Positions 9,007 through 17,569 of a stretch of DNA of 35,320 nt are shown one piece after another. This DNA comes from Candidatus Hermodarchaeota archaeon. Its GTDB lineage: Archaea; Asgardarchaeota; Hermodarchaeia; Hermodarchaeales; Hermodarchaeaceae. A program made the position numbers and the translations under genes. The stretch is from the NCBI GenBank assembly GCA_016839805.1, contig JAEOTO010000001.1, positions 1 through 35,320 of the forward strand, written 5' to 3'. Numbering within the stretch: position 1 is the first letter of the stretch; the number at the start of each line of letters is the position of its first letter. Under the pieces are notes generated by a model. That model was given only the letters and a program-made list of their open reading frames with translations, searched no databases and had not been told where the DNA came from.

Positions 9007-9013
9007 CCAGTTA

Positions 9014-9265
9014 CTACCTCAAGTCATCCGTTTTATCAGATGATCGACGAAACGCATTGCGAACCCGCTCTTCCACACTGTGCATAGGTAACTGTTGGAC
9101 TCCTTCACGTAACATCTTAAGTAAAGGGTATCCAGCTTCTTTCTCCTTCCTCCATCCCTCAGATTCAGGGCTTGGGCACGTCCCTGATTTCCATACCCAA
9201 TAATTTCCGATTGTGCAGTTCATTAAATGCGTCAAATCAGCATCTTCATCATAAAAGAAATGCAA
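9014..9265 (-). pseudogene. ilvC: Ketol-acid reductoisomerase remnant (frameshifted, large internal deletion)
   Basis: N-terminus FYDEDADL; after a +1 shift at ~9205 it reads IIGYGNQGRAQALNLRD, then joins directly to an IlvC C-terminal-like helix, W.KEKEAGYPLLKMLR...VEERVR. Confidence 0.85.
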
Positions 9266-9345
9266 CCCAACTCACTTCCTGCAAATATGACCCAGATGTC
9301 ATCATCTTAAAGGTGATTTAGCCTCAAAATTTCGAATCAAATGAG

Positions 9346-10344
9346 CTATTTCGATTGACTGCGAAGATCTTCCGGAGATACAGGACAATCGATGTAATCT
9401 GTATCAACACAGGTACAAACACTTTCTCCGCCCACATATTTGTACGCTTCATAAACGGCTAATACACCTTCAGCTACGCCAGTAATTGCTTGTTTGAATT
9501 CCGTATCGGTAACATCTCCTGCAGCGTAAATTCCATTGATGTTGGTTTCGGTTTGACGGTTGATTATAATCTCTCCCTTCGGGTTAGTCTTGACTCCTAG
9601 AGTTTTTGCCAGATCAGATAGGGGAGAACTACCGATTGCAATAAAAACACCTTGCACCGGAAGTTCGTTATTCCCCTGGTAAGGCTTATCCAAGAGAACC
9701 CTCTCGATATGCTCGCTACCTTCGATGCTAGTCACGTTCGTTTCCGAAATCATACGAATCTTGTTATTATTATTGACCCGCTCTAGGTTGACAGGTTCAG
9801 CTTTCAACCGTTCGCCTCGAATGATAATGTAGATTTCCTTAGCCCACTGTGAAAGTATCAACGCCTCTTTTGCTGCACTATCTCCACCCCCGATTACAGC
9901 TAATGTTTTATCCTGAAACAGGGGGCCATCACACAGACCACAAAACTGGACACCCTTCCCTTCATACTCAGCGGCACCTGGTACATCCAGCTTCCGATAT
10001 TGGCTTCCAGTAGCAAAAACGATTGTTTTTGTGGTGTACTGGCCAAACGCCGTATAGGCAATGAAACAATTATTCTGGTGTTCGACTTTGGTAACATTAT
10101 CAAGGATAATCTCGGTGTCATATTCTCTTGCATGTGCCGTGATTTTATCTGCTAGCTCCTTCCCGGAGAGAGAGATAAAACCGGGATAATTTTCAATCCA
10201 ATCGGTTGTGGCAATTACACCCCCGGGTGGGTATCCAATGAGGATGCTTTTGAGTTTCATTCGACCAGCATACATGGCGGCAGCGAGTCCAGTGACGCCA
10301 CCACCAATAATAACTATGTCATACATTTCTTGTGGGTCAGTCAT
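9346..10344 (-). CDS. trxB: Thioredoxin-disulfide reductase
   Basis: IIGGGVTGLAAAMY, IENYPG, CGLCDG (CxxC), VIGGGDSA, GIYAAGD, QAITGVAEG. Confidence 0.93.
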   Translation of the reverse strand: MTDPQEMYDIVIIGGGVTGLAAAMYAGRMKLKSILIGYPPGGVIATTDWIENYPGFISLSGKELADKITAHAREYDTEIILDNVTKVEHQNNCFIAYTAFGQYTTKTIVFATGSQYRKLDVPGAAEYEGKGVQFCGLCDGPLFQDKTLAVIGGGDSAAKEALILSQWAKEIYIIIRGERLKAEPVNLERVNNNNKIRMISETNVTSIEGSEHIERVLLDKPYQGNNELPVQGVFIAIGSSPLSDLAKTLGVKTNPKGEIIINRQTETNINGIYAAGDVTDTEFKQAITGVAEGVLAVYEAYKYVGGESVCTCVDTDYIDCPVSPEDLRSQSK

Positions 10345-10380
10345 CTTGTTCACAACCACAAATTTCTCTATTGTTTCCCC

Positions 10381-11058
10381 TTAGATAGTAGGTAAGATAC
10401 CTGTAGGTGATCCTTGTGCCGCTTTTTGAATGAAATTAATAAATTCAGCAGGTGGGACAAGCCCCTCGAACTGCGTCGTCTCATTAATCACAGTTTTTGG
10501 TGTGCCAATTACATCATACTTGTTTGCTAAATGAGGAAACTCCGCAATCTCTACGATACTTACAGAAATATTATCATTCGTCACAGCATATTGAAATGCC
10601 ATCGCGCCTAACACTGGACAGACAGGGCAGGTAGGAATAACAAACACCTGAATAAGTACTGGTTTTGTCGCTGCTTTAGTCAGGGCTGCTTTAACAGGTT
10701 CAGGTAACTGGCTATCCTCGCTAGAAACAAGTGTAATCCCCTCAATTAACGTCTGAAATTCATACCCTGAAGGAATACCAAAGAATCGCAGCCCGAAATC
10801 CTTCTCACCCAAAATAGCTAAGGCTGGAATCTTATCAACACCCAGCTCATCGGCTGTATCTTTGTCCTTTACAAAATCATAGACTTCAAGGCTAATTTTA
10901 TCGGAAAAAGTCGCTACTTCTTCGATCATCTGACGAGTTTGAGTACAAAATGGGCATTCCATTTCTTGCGTGAAAAACACTAACCGAACTGGCTTCTTTA
11001 ATTCCTCGTTAAATCGATTCACTACAGTTTCCTTCACATCATCAGGAACCGTCGTCAT
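10381..11058 (-). CDS. Protein disulfide oxidoreductase (PDO; two thioredoxin folds, AhpF N-terminal-like)
   Basis: CPFC and CPVC motifs, GIPSGYEF, GTPKTVIN; immediately upstream of trxB. Confidence 0.92.
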   Translation of the reverse strand: MTTVPDDVKETVVNRFNEELKKPVRLVFFTQEMECPFCTQTRQMIEEVATFSDKISLEVYDFVKDKDTADELGVDKIPALAILGEKDFGLRFFGIPSGYEFQTLIEGITLVSSEDSQLPEPVKAALTKAATKPVLIQVFVIPTCPVCPVLGAMAFQYAVTNDNISVSIVEIAEFPHLANKYDVIGTPKTVINETTQFEGLVPPAEFINFIQKAAQGSPTGILPTI

Positions 11059-11222
11059 TCAAGCCACCTAAAGGGAAATATCACTTCTCACCAAAAAAGG
11101 TAGGGCTTTTCTATATATGATATTCCGTTAATGAAATGTATGTCTGGCAATCATAAGTGATGTACTTTCATTTGTAATTGAAGTAGAATTTCCAAAAAAA
11201 CTTCCGGGGAATGCGGCATTAC

Positions 11223-12122
11223 TTATTTTCCTTTAGCAATGGGTCTGACTCCATATCGTCTTACAAAGTTAACGAACTCGTGTGCAAGCCAATTATCATC
11301 TTTGACTGACATGGTTTCTTGTTCAAGGTCGATCCAATCATTGTGTTTCCAACAAGACTCAGGTATATCAAACGAAATGAGTGTTTTATTTCTAATTTTC
11401 TGGGATTGAATTGATTTACAATAAGTCAATTCGGTTTTCCCCTTAACATCTGTTATAACAATGATTCCATCTTCTTCACTCAAATCTACTTTTCTTCCTT
11501 TGAACTCGTTCATGTAACCCATGAAATCCCTAAGTGTATTTTTCGCAATTTTATCCTTCTCTTCGATGGTCTGTTGTTTCGGGTAGCCCTCCATTTTGAT
11601 CACTTTGGCTGGAACACCCACAGCGAGGCTGTATGGGGGAATATTTTTCGTTACGAGTGATCCTGCACCAAGTGTGGCTCCCTTTCCAATAATGACATCA
11701 GGCAAAACCATTACGTGCCAAGGTAACCATGCGTCATCTTCTATCACAATCTTTCCAAAACTCACAGGATAGCCCTGAAAGATATTTTGCCACGTGCCGT
11801 GGGTAAACAGCATACAACGACCACCAATTCCAACGTTATTCCCAATTATGACCTCTCTGGTCGTGTTGATGTAAGATTCATGAAGAATGACACATCGACT
11901 ACCAACTTCGAAGTAACTGTGCTGACTTTGAAGTCCGCCAATAATCACCCGTCTATCAATGATGGTATCATCGCCAATTTTGATGCCATTATAGGCATTA
12001 ATAACGACACCTTCCTTGATCTGAACGTTACTTCCAATTTCGAGTTTACCAGCAGTTAACAGAATACAATCTTCAACAACTGTGCCCTTTCCAATCTTTT
12101 TTTCCTTGGCCTCAATACGCAT
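11223..12122 (-). CDS. Hexapeptide-repeat (left-handed beta-helix) acyltransferase
   Basis: Repeated IG-x-x-x-x-I hexapeptides, LFTHG, IVIEDDAWL, GAGSLVTKNIP..AVGVPAKVI. True start taken as MRIEAK (ATG 12122, GAGGGAG upstream); the longer ORF runs through the mini-IS. Confidence 0.88.
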   Translation of the reverse strand: MRIEAKEKKIGKGTVVEDCILLTAGKLEIGSNVQIKEGVVINAYNGIKIGDDTIIDRRVIIGGLQSQHSYFEVGSRCVILHESYINTTREVIIGNNVGIGGRCMLFTHGTWQNIFQGYPVSFGKIVIEDDAWLPWHVMVLPDVIIGKGATLGAGSLVTKNIPPYSLAVGVPAKVIKMEGYPKQQTIEEKDKIAKNTLRDFMGYMNEFKGRKVDLSEEDGIIVITDVKGKTELTYCKSIQSQKIRNKTLISFDIPESCWKHNDWIDLEQETMSVKDDNWLAHEFVNFVRRYGVRPIAKGK

Positions 12123-12242
12123 GTTATAAGCTCCCTCAGGTTCAATAATAGTTGTTGGTACTCCGACTTCACCTAAGAACTTTTTTGGCACATCCCGGCT
12201 CCTATACTCTAGTAATCGGTGGGTAATACTAGCAATCCTTAT

Positions 12243-12461
12243 TTTAGACCTCAAGACGACCCCGTCCTTCAGGTCGGGAGTAATCGTGAGGTTTAAATTA
12301 TCCTCCGCATATCCAGGATTGAGGTTCCGGTGGGGACCGAGAATCAAGGTCCCATGAGACCGGGCAACATCGCTGGAACGGCGAGTAGAGCTTGTGGACC
12401 AGTCGGCAATAGTCGATGGTATGAAGCAGGAAGCTCCGTCCTTCAGGTCGGGGTAGTTCAC
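12243..12461 (+). mobile_element. Non-autonomous IS200/IS605-family mini-element (PATE/MITE-like), copy 1, 219 bp
   Basis: Near-identical subterminal hairpins CCCCGTCCTTCAGGTCGGGAG (left) and CTCCGTCCTTCAGGTCGGGG (right); right end GAAG...GTAGTTCAC; preceded by CCTTAT in the same register as copy 2; no ORF. Confidence 0.82.
12292..12297 (+). promoter_or_regulatory. TATA box inside mini-element copy 1
   Basis: TTTAAA conserved in both copies, 24-25 nt ahead of the conserved scaffold start GAGGT.CCGG. Confidence 0.6.
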
Positions 12462-12481
12462 AGGTTTCAGCTATTCATGGA
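12321..12481 (+). ncRNA. TnpB omegaRNA/reRNA-like scaffold (12321-12461) plus putative guide AGGTTTCAGCTATTCATGGA
   Basis: About 88% identical to 17651-17792, with pairing-preserving substitutions; TGAA/TTCA pseudoknot potential; ends at the IS right end. Confidence 0.7.
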
Positions 12482-12574
12482 AATTGGTGTTTCCTACATA
12501 CCCTATGTTAAGGTATTACCTTCAATCTAAAGCAGAAATTACTAACGTCCCAAAGATAAGAAGAGGAAAACAGC

Positions 12575-13330
12575 ATGAAAATTATCTTGACCCATGATGC
12601 GGACTCCATCGCCAAACCCATTGAACATATTCTTGCACGCCACGACCGGTTCACAAAACAAGATCTCAAAGCCGCGGAAAAGGGCACTATTAATCTTTAC
12701 AATAATATTGAAGAAATTGTAGAACTGGAATCCGAGCTGGGGTTCCATTCAACATTTTTCATTCCGGCTTTCTTGTTTAATTTACATGCAATCTCGGGCA
12801 CGCTCAAGAGAATTCAACGAAAAGGTTCAGAAGTTCAGCTGCACTACGTCCATGAACAACACCCACAATACGAGGGGCTATTTGCAATGCAAAAAGATTT
12901 TTTCATGGAGCTCATTGGTCCCGTGGATGGTGTGCGCTGTCATAATCTCTGGGTTACTGAAGCTCTCCTGAAACTTTTTCACGATAATGGGTTTCATTAT
13001 GATTCCTCCTATCGCGCAGAAACAGTTAACACCGTTGAACCCTTTGCAATCCATGAAAACCTCATCGAAATCCCCATTGGGATTATGGATACGGACCTAT
13101 TTGGTCGCTTCCACTTTACAGAAAAAGAAGCCTGGAAATATATCCTCAAGGAATTAGAGACAGCCAAAGACCATAGAAGTCAATCTTTTACCCTACTTTT
13201 TCACCAAGAATCATTTCGCATGAAAGGCGGACGGCTTTATGCAAAGCTCCTCAAACATTTCGCCCAGCAAGGTTATGAGTGCATCTGTTGCTGTGATGTG
13301 CCTTTAGTGCAAAAAGCCAAGGAACAATAA
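12575..13330 (+). CDS. Polysaccharide deacetylase-like (NodB/CE4 fold) protein
   Basis: ILTHDAD, STFF, EVQLH, GVRCHNL, FHYDSS, EIPIGIMD, LLFHQ. Confidence 0.85.
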   Translation: MKIILTHDADSIAKPIEHILARHDRFTKQDLKAAEKGTINLYNNIEEIVELESELGFHSTFFIPAFLFNLHAISGTLKRIQRKGSEVQLHYVHEQHPQYEGLFAMQKDFFMELIGPVDGVRCHNLWVTEALLKLFHDNGFHYDSSYRAETVNTVEPFAIHENLIEIPIGIMDTDLFGRFHFTEKEAWKYILKELETAKDHRSQSFTLLFHQESFRMKGGRLYAKLLKHFAQQGYECICCCDVPLVQKAKEQ

Positions 13331-13336
13331 CTCTTG

Positions 13337-14533
13337 TTATCGTAAAGGAATAGTCAGGTAATCAAGATCACGCGGATAATACGTTACCCATTCCATCCCA
13401 TCTTCGGTAATAAACACTGTATCTGAATGTCGGAATCCACCAAGCGAACGATCATAGATTCCTGGCTCCACAGTGAACACCATCCCCGGCTCCATAATCA
13501 CATCCATACCATGATCCAGAAACGGTTTTTCATGTCCTTCTAGGCCAATCGCATGACCGGTATGATGTTGCACCATGTTCATCACACCATGCTGCTTGAA
13601 GACAGCACGGCTCGCCTTATCAACCTTTGAACATGGTTCTCCTGGGGCAAATGCGTTTAATGCCGCATCTTGCGCCTCCATCATGATGTCAAAGTACTTT
13701 CGTTGTTTTTCATTTGGTGGACCCAAAAACATAGTTCGTTCCAATTCCGCATAATATCCCGCAACATTAGCTGTGGCTCCAGTCACCAGTGTATCACCAG
13801 GTTGAAACACCGCAAAGCGAGTCATTGCATGGGGAATCGCTGAATAGGTTCCTATCTGTCCCCGATATCCAGCATGAACTGGTAGACCACGAAACGTAAA
13901 TGGTCGATAAGAAATGCCCAGAGCTTTACCCATGGCCATTGATGCTTCTAGCGAAGCTGCAGTAGTAACTTCAACCTCGTTGGCTCCAACAGTGGTCTTC
14001 TCTTGGAGAAGTTGATGTGCTAAATTCGCCCACATCGAAGACTCACGAATACAAGCCAGTTCATCAGCATCTTTGACCACCCGCATGTTCGTGAGTAACT
14101 CAGGAAAAACCTTCACAGGGAAGCCCATCACCTCCTCTAATTTAGGGCCTTCATATCCCCAACGACCTGGGCTACCTGGAGTCTCTGCTCCTAAATTCCC
14201 GGAAATACCGAGCTTGTTTTTCAGAAAGTTTGCAAAAAGCCTCATGGGGTGCGTCGCATCAGGATAATCAAAGTAGGCCTCAATTTTAGCTGCTTGAGGT
14301 ACCTCTTCTTCAACATGCTGTTTCTCCAATTCAGGCACAAAAAAACTAAATTCCGAATCTTGGATCACCAACGCAAATGGACGTTCCGTGGGAATATGGA
14401 CAAAACCTGTCAGATAATAGATGTGGGTTGGGTTAAACACGATAAAATGCTTAATTTTTTCATATGTCAACTTCTTACGAAGCTTTGTCAAACGTTCATC
14501 AAACCGGTGATCAGGTATTTTCGCAATTGGCAA
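13337..14533 (-). CDS. Xaa-Pro aminopeptidase/prolidase family (M24B)
   Basis: YYLTGF, RVVKDADE, HHTGHAIGLEGHE, GMVFTVEPGIY, GGFRHSDT. Confidence 0.92.
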   Translation of the reverse strand: MPIAKIPDHRFDERLTKLRKKLTYEKIKHFIVFNPTHIYYLTGFVHIPTERPFALVIQDSEFSFFVPELEKQHVEEEVPQAAKIEAYFDYPDATHPMRLFANFLKNKLGISGNLGAETPGSPGRWGYEGPKLEEVMGFPVKVFPELLTNMRVVKDADELACIRESSMWANLAHQLLQEKTTVGANEVEVTTAASLEASMAMGKALGISYRPFTFRGLPVHAGYRGQIGTYSAIPHAMTRFAVFQPGDTLVTGATANVAGYYAELERTMFLGPPNEKQRKYFDIMMEAQDAALNAFAPGEPCSKVDKASRAVFKQHGVMNMVQHHTGHAIGLEGHEKPFLDHGMDVIMEPGMVFTVEPGIYDRSLGGFRHSDTVFITEDGMEWVTYYPRDLDYLTIPLR

Positions 14534-14643
14534 CCTAAACTACCTCCAATAGAACATGTTGGTACACATCAACTAAATTAACTTCCAAAAGGATTTCCAT
14601 TATTCATTAAATCAGTTCATTTAAAAAAGTGAGAGGAAGGAGC

Positions 14644-15018
14644 TTAAGCTCCTCCACCTTCCGATTCGATGAAGAATAGAATGGCTCCAACTAGACAAAG
14701 GACCGCACCTGGTCCTCCGATTATCCCCCACTCATAGGCAAACACTGCACCAATGATTCCAAAGATTAGAATAATAATCGCTGCATTGATTCGATTTGTA
14801 TCAACCATTCGTAAGAAAATGAAAAAGATTAGAAATCCAAAGATAACCGCGATAACACCTGAAACTAAACCAAAGGCTGGCCAGAAGTAAATTCCACCAT
14901 AATTGATGAGATCATTTACAACATAAATCGCATATTCACCGATTTGTACAACGCCGGCAATAATGATGAGTAGTGCACCGATTCGGGTTAAGAGTTTTCC
15001 AACATCTATATTATCCAT
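14644..15018 (-). CDS. Hypothetical 4-TM membrane protein
   Basis: Four Gly-rich hydrophobic helices; GGAGG RBS. Confidence 0.8.
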   Translation of the reverse strand: MDNIDVGKLLTRIGALLIIIAGVVQIGEYAIYVVNDLINYGGIYFWPAFGLVSGVIAVIFGFLIFFIFLRMVDTNRINAAIIILIFGIIGAVFAYEWGIIGGPGAVLCLVGAILFFIESEGGGA

Positions 15019-15117
15019 GACGGGTTCCTCCTATCAAGGAACACTAACTAATGCCTCTATCCTATGGAACTTTGACAAAAGATTTTCGTGCCCACCAAAA
15101 TGAGGTGTTTTGAGAGC

Positions 15118-15957
15118 TTAAGGTTCTCCTTGACAACATGTGAATACTCGATGCGTTTCGTCTATGAGCTTCCTTACTCGGGTCTCCGGGAGTCCTACAT
15201 CATTAGGATTTGTGTCGACTAATTGCTTTAATGTGAGTATTTTACGGGCATATATCTGATCCCTTTCAACTTCTGTAAGACTACGTAGAATTGTCACTGG
15301 ATAGAGTTTCTTTTCTTCAATAAACCAGTCTAACCCTCGACCACGTGGAGTATTCCACCCGAAATGCTCAATCCCGACACACTCCGCATAGCGTTGAGCA
15401 TGCTTCGTCAGCCGGGTATTGGTGACAATCAGTGCTCGATCAAAATTACAATCATTTAGTCCTTTTTCGCACCCCTCTTTCAAATCATCAAGTTTCGCTT
15501 TCGCTGCCAACGTAACTTCAAAGGGGGTATATCGTTCTAACACGCTGTGATGCTTCATTTCCACATACAATGTTTCCCCATCTCGTTCAGCAATGCCATC
15601 AACCTCATGGGTCACACAGGCTCCTTGAACCACAATATTTCCGGTAACTTTGTATCCATATTCTTCCAGGAGTAATCGAACGTATTCTTCAAAATGTAAG
15701 CCGCTACCAATTCGGGCCAATCCATCACGCAAGTCAAGGCGAAATTCCACGATTTCTTTGTGAGCTTCGAGTTCTCCAACCGCCATCTCATAGATTTCCT
15801 TTGTCGTCATGCCCTCCTCAATCCGATCTCCCAAATCCTCGGCAATCTCTTCAGCTACACCCTGTGGGGCACCCATTCGTGTCAAAGTACGCACAATTTT
15901 TAGCGGATCAAACTCCTCTGACCGCCCATCCCATTTCACAACCATAACCATCATCAA
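15118..15957 (-). CDS. ATP-cone domain plus Mrr-like PD-(D/E)xK restriction-endonuclease domain protein
   Basis: VVKWDGRSEEFDPLKI (ATP cone); FEEYV, HEVDGIA, VEMKHH, IVTNTRLT (Mrr_cat-like); helical C-terminal tail. Confidence 0.85.
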   Translation of the reverse strand: MMMVMVVKWDGRSEEFDPLKIVRTLTRMGAPQGVAEEIAEDLGDRIEEGMTTKEIYEMAVGELEAHKEIVEFRLDLRDGLARIGSGLHFEEYVRLLLEEYGYKVTGNIVVQGACVTHEVDGIAERDGETLYVEMKHHSVLERYTPFEVTLAAKAKLDDLKEGCEKGLNDCNFDRALIVTNTRLTKHAQRYAECVGIEHFGWNTPRGRGLDWFIEEKKLYPVTILRSLTEVERDQIYARKILTLKQLVDTNPNDVGLPETRVRKLIDETHRVFTCCQGEP

Positions 15958-15980
15958 TCGCCTTCATGACAACTTTTAAT

Positions 15981-16352
15981 TCATTTTGATTTGGTTTTAT
16001 TCTTTTTCACAGGATATGTGTACTGCTTAGAAATATAATGACTACGTGTCCGTCTAAACACATGATAGAAGGTTCCGGGTGGCTTTTTCTTCGCCCGCCG
16101 TCCATGATAGGTAATAGTAATGTGTTCACCAATACGGACAGCTGTACGTCCGGAACCACCCTGAAGATAGTCTTTCAGCATCTTGGCCATCGCTTGAATA
16201 ACAATAAGGCGACTATTTGCGTCATCGAAGAGCAGAAACACAGGAACCTCACCAAAACGCGTGGTTCGGAAAAATTTACCTACAACTAAACCGGTTACCT
16301 CATCACCTGACCTTTCAAAGACAGCTTCTTCCAAAGTTATCCAATCGGGCAT
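15981..16352 (-). CDS. Hypothetical basic protein, possible single OB-fold (phage SSB-like)
   Basis: GDEVTG...TRFGEVPV...IGEHITITYHG.R.K...YHVF beta-strand pattern; start uncertain (16352 or 16379). Confidence 0.6.
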   Translation of the reverse strand: MPDWITLEEAVFERSGDEVTGLVVGKFFRTTRFGEVPVFLLFDDANSRLIVIQAMAKMLKDYLQGGSGRTAVRIGEHITITYHGRRAKKKPPGTFYHVFRRTRSHYISKQYTYPVKKNKTKSK

Positions 16353-16463
16353 ACGATATTGCACCAAAACCACCTGCATTCCATTGAGTCATAAAATCTG
16401 AAGCTTATTATTATAGGAACCAGAGAATATCAAACCTTAGGAACTTCGGAGGTTTGAATAACT

Positions 16464-16943
16464 ATGAGACACAAGAGTCTAATCCTTGGCGCTTTGACAG
16501 TAATTTCTTTACTAGCATTTATTCCTGTGCCTACACGTGCTCATACTCCATCAAATATGACCCTCTCCTATGACTACGATAACCAAATTCTTACCGTCAC
16601 AGTAATTCACTCCGTGGCAGATGTGAACACCCATTACATCGAGCAAATCATCATCAACAAGAACAGTCAATTTGTAATGGACCGCAACTATACAAGCCAG
16701 GCTAGCACCTCTTCAATGTCTGATACCTTTAACGTTGCTGCGGCTGATGATGACATCTTACAGGTCACTGCCATCTGCAGCATTTCAGGGCAAATAACTC
16801 GCCAACTGACCGTATCCAGCGGGGGATTAGAAACGGTGCCACCCCCTCAGATACCCGGATTCCCATTAGCTGCAATAGCGATGGGTCTCGTGTTTGGACT
16901 AGCATATACGCTATATCGGCGTCGAACACGTTCACCAGGATAA
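16464..16943 (+). CDS. Secreted, surface-anchored SOR/desulfoferrodoxin-like metal-binding protein with PGF-type C-terminal sorting signal
   Basis: Signal peptide ending TRA|H; H-T-P, IHSV, THYI, CSISG; C-terminal IPGF, TM helix and RRR. Confidence 0.7.
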   Translation: MRHKSLILGALTVISLLAFIPVPTRAHTPSNMTLSYDYDNQILTVTVIHSVADVNTHYIEQIIINKNSQFVMDRNYTSQASTSSMSDTFNVAAADDDILQVTAICSISGQITRQLTVSSGGLETVPPPQIPGFPLAAIAMGLVFGLAYTLYRRRTRSPG

Positions 16944-16971
16944 CCATAAATTCCAAGGACGCCTTCCTACA

Positions 16972-17460
16972 TTATTTTCCCTGAAGCCGTGTGACAAGGC
17001 GCGCAACACGTTCTCCTAATGCATGACAGGACTTTTGCTCTTTTTCATCGGGAGCACCTTTAGCAGCAGCACCATAATGCTCCATAGGTCCTCGAGCATT
17101 ACCTTGAACAATCATTCCATGAACTAACATCGCTTCAAGGATCGACAAAATCGTTGTTTCAGCTCCCGTCGCATAACCGCCAGCTGATGCGAATGCCCCG
17201 CCAATTTTACCATCGAGTTTCCCATGGATTTTCACGGAGGCATCAAATACCGCCTTCAAGTTTGCCGACATCAACCCATAATAGACTGGTGAACCTGCAA
17301 TAATGCCCTCCACGTTCAAAAGATCATCATTCGTTGTATCTGTTGCACGTTTCACAACGACATCAATACCGTCAATTTGTTGAGCACCTCTCGCCACGAC
17401 TTGAGCCATTTTTTCAGTATTACCCGTTTCTGAATCATATACGATAAGTACAGTTGCCAT
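16972..17460 (-). CDS. WrbA-like flavodoxin-fold NAD(P)H:quinone oxidoreductase
   Basis: YDSETGNTEKMA, GSPVYYG, GKIGGAFASAGG, GAETTILS..HGMIV. Confidence 0.9.
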   Translation of the reverse strand: MATVLIVYDSETGNTEKMAQVVARGAQQIDGIDVVVKRATDTTNDDLLNVEGIIAGSPVYYGLMSANLKAVFDASVKIHGKLDGKIGGAFASAGGYATGAETTILSILEAMLVHGMIVQGNARGPMEHYGAAAKGAPDEKEQKSCHALGERVARLVTRLQGK

Positions 17461-17569
17461 TTCACACACTTTCCACTTTATCATAATTTTATACTGTTCT
17501 CCCTTGTACACTATCCCCTACTTATAGGAATATCACCGCGAAAGAACCTTCCAGGACGCTCTCCCTTAT

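Noticed and set aside
12260-12453. CRISPR mini-array from the repeated CCGTCCTTCAGGTCGGG
   Set aside because: Only two units about 175 nt apart and no cas genes; the arrangement fits IS200/IS605 left and right hairpins.
12123-12461. N-terminal 112-aa extension of the acyltransferase ORF, and similar ORFs 12330-12530, 17566-17877, 17634-17837 and the 17664-17900 extension
   Set aside because: These are translations through the GC-rich non-coding mini-elements; their shared peptide similarity just reflects the DNA repeat.
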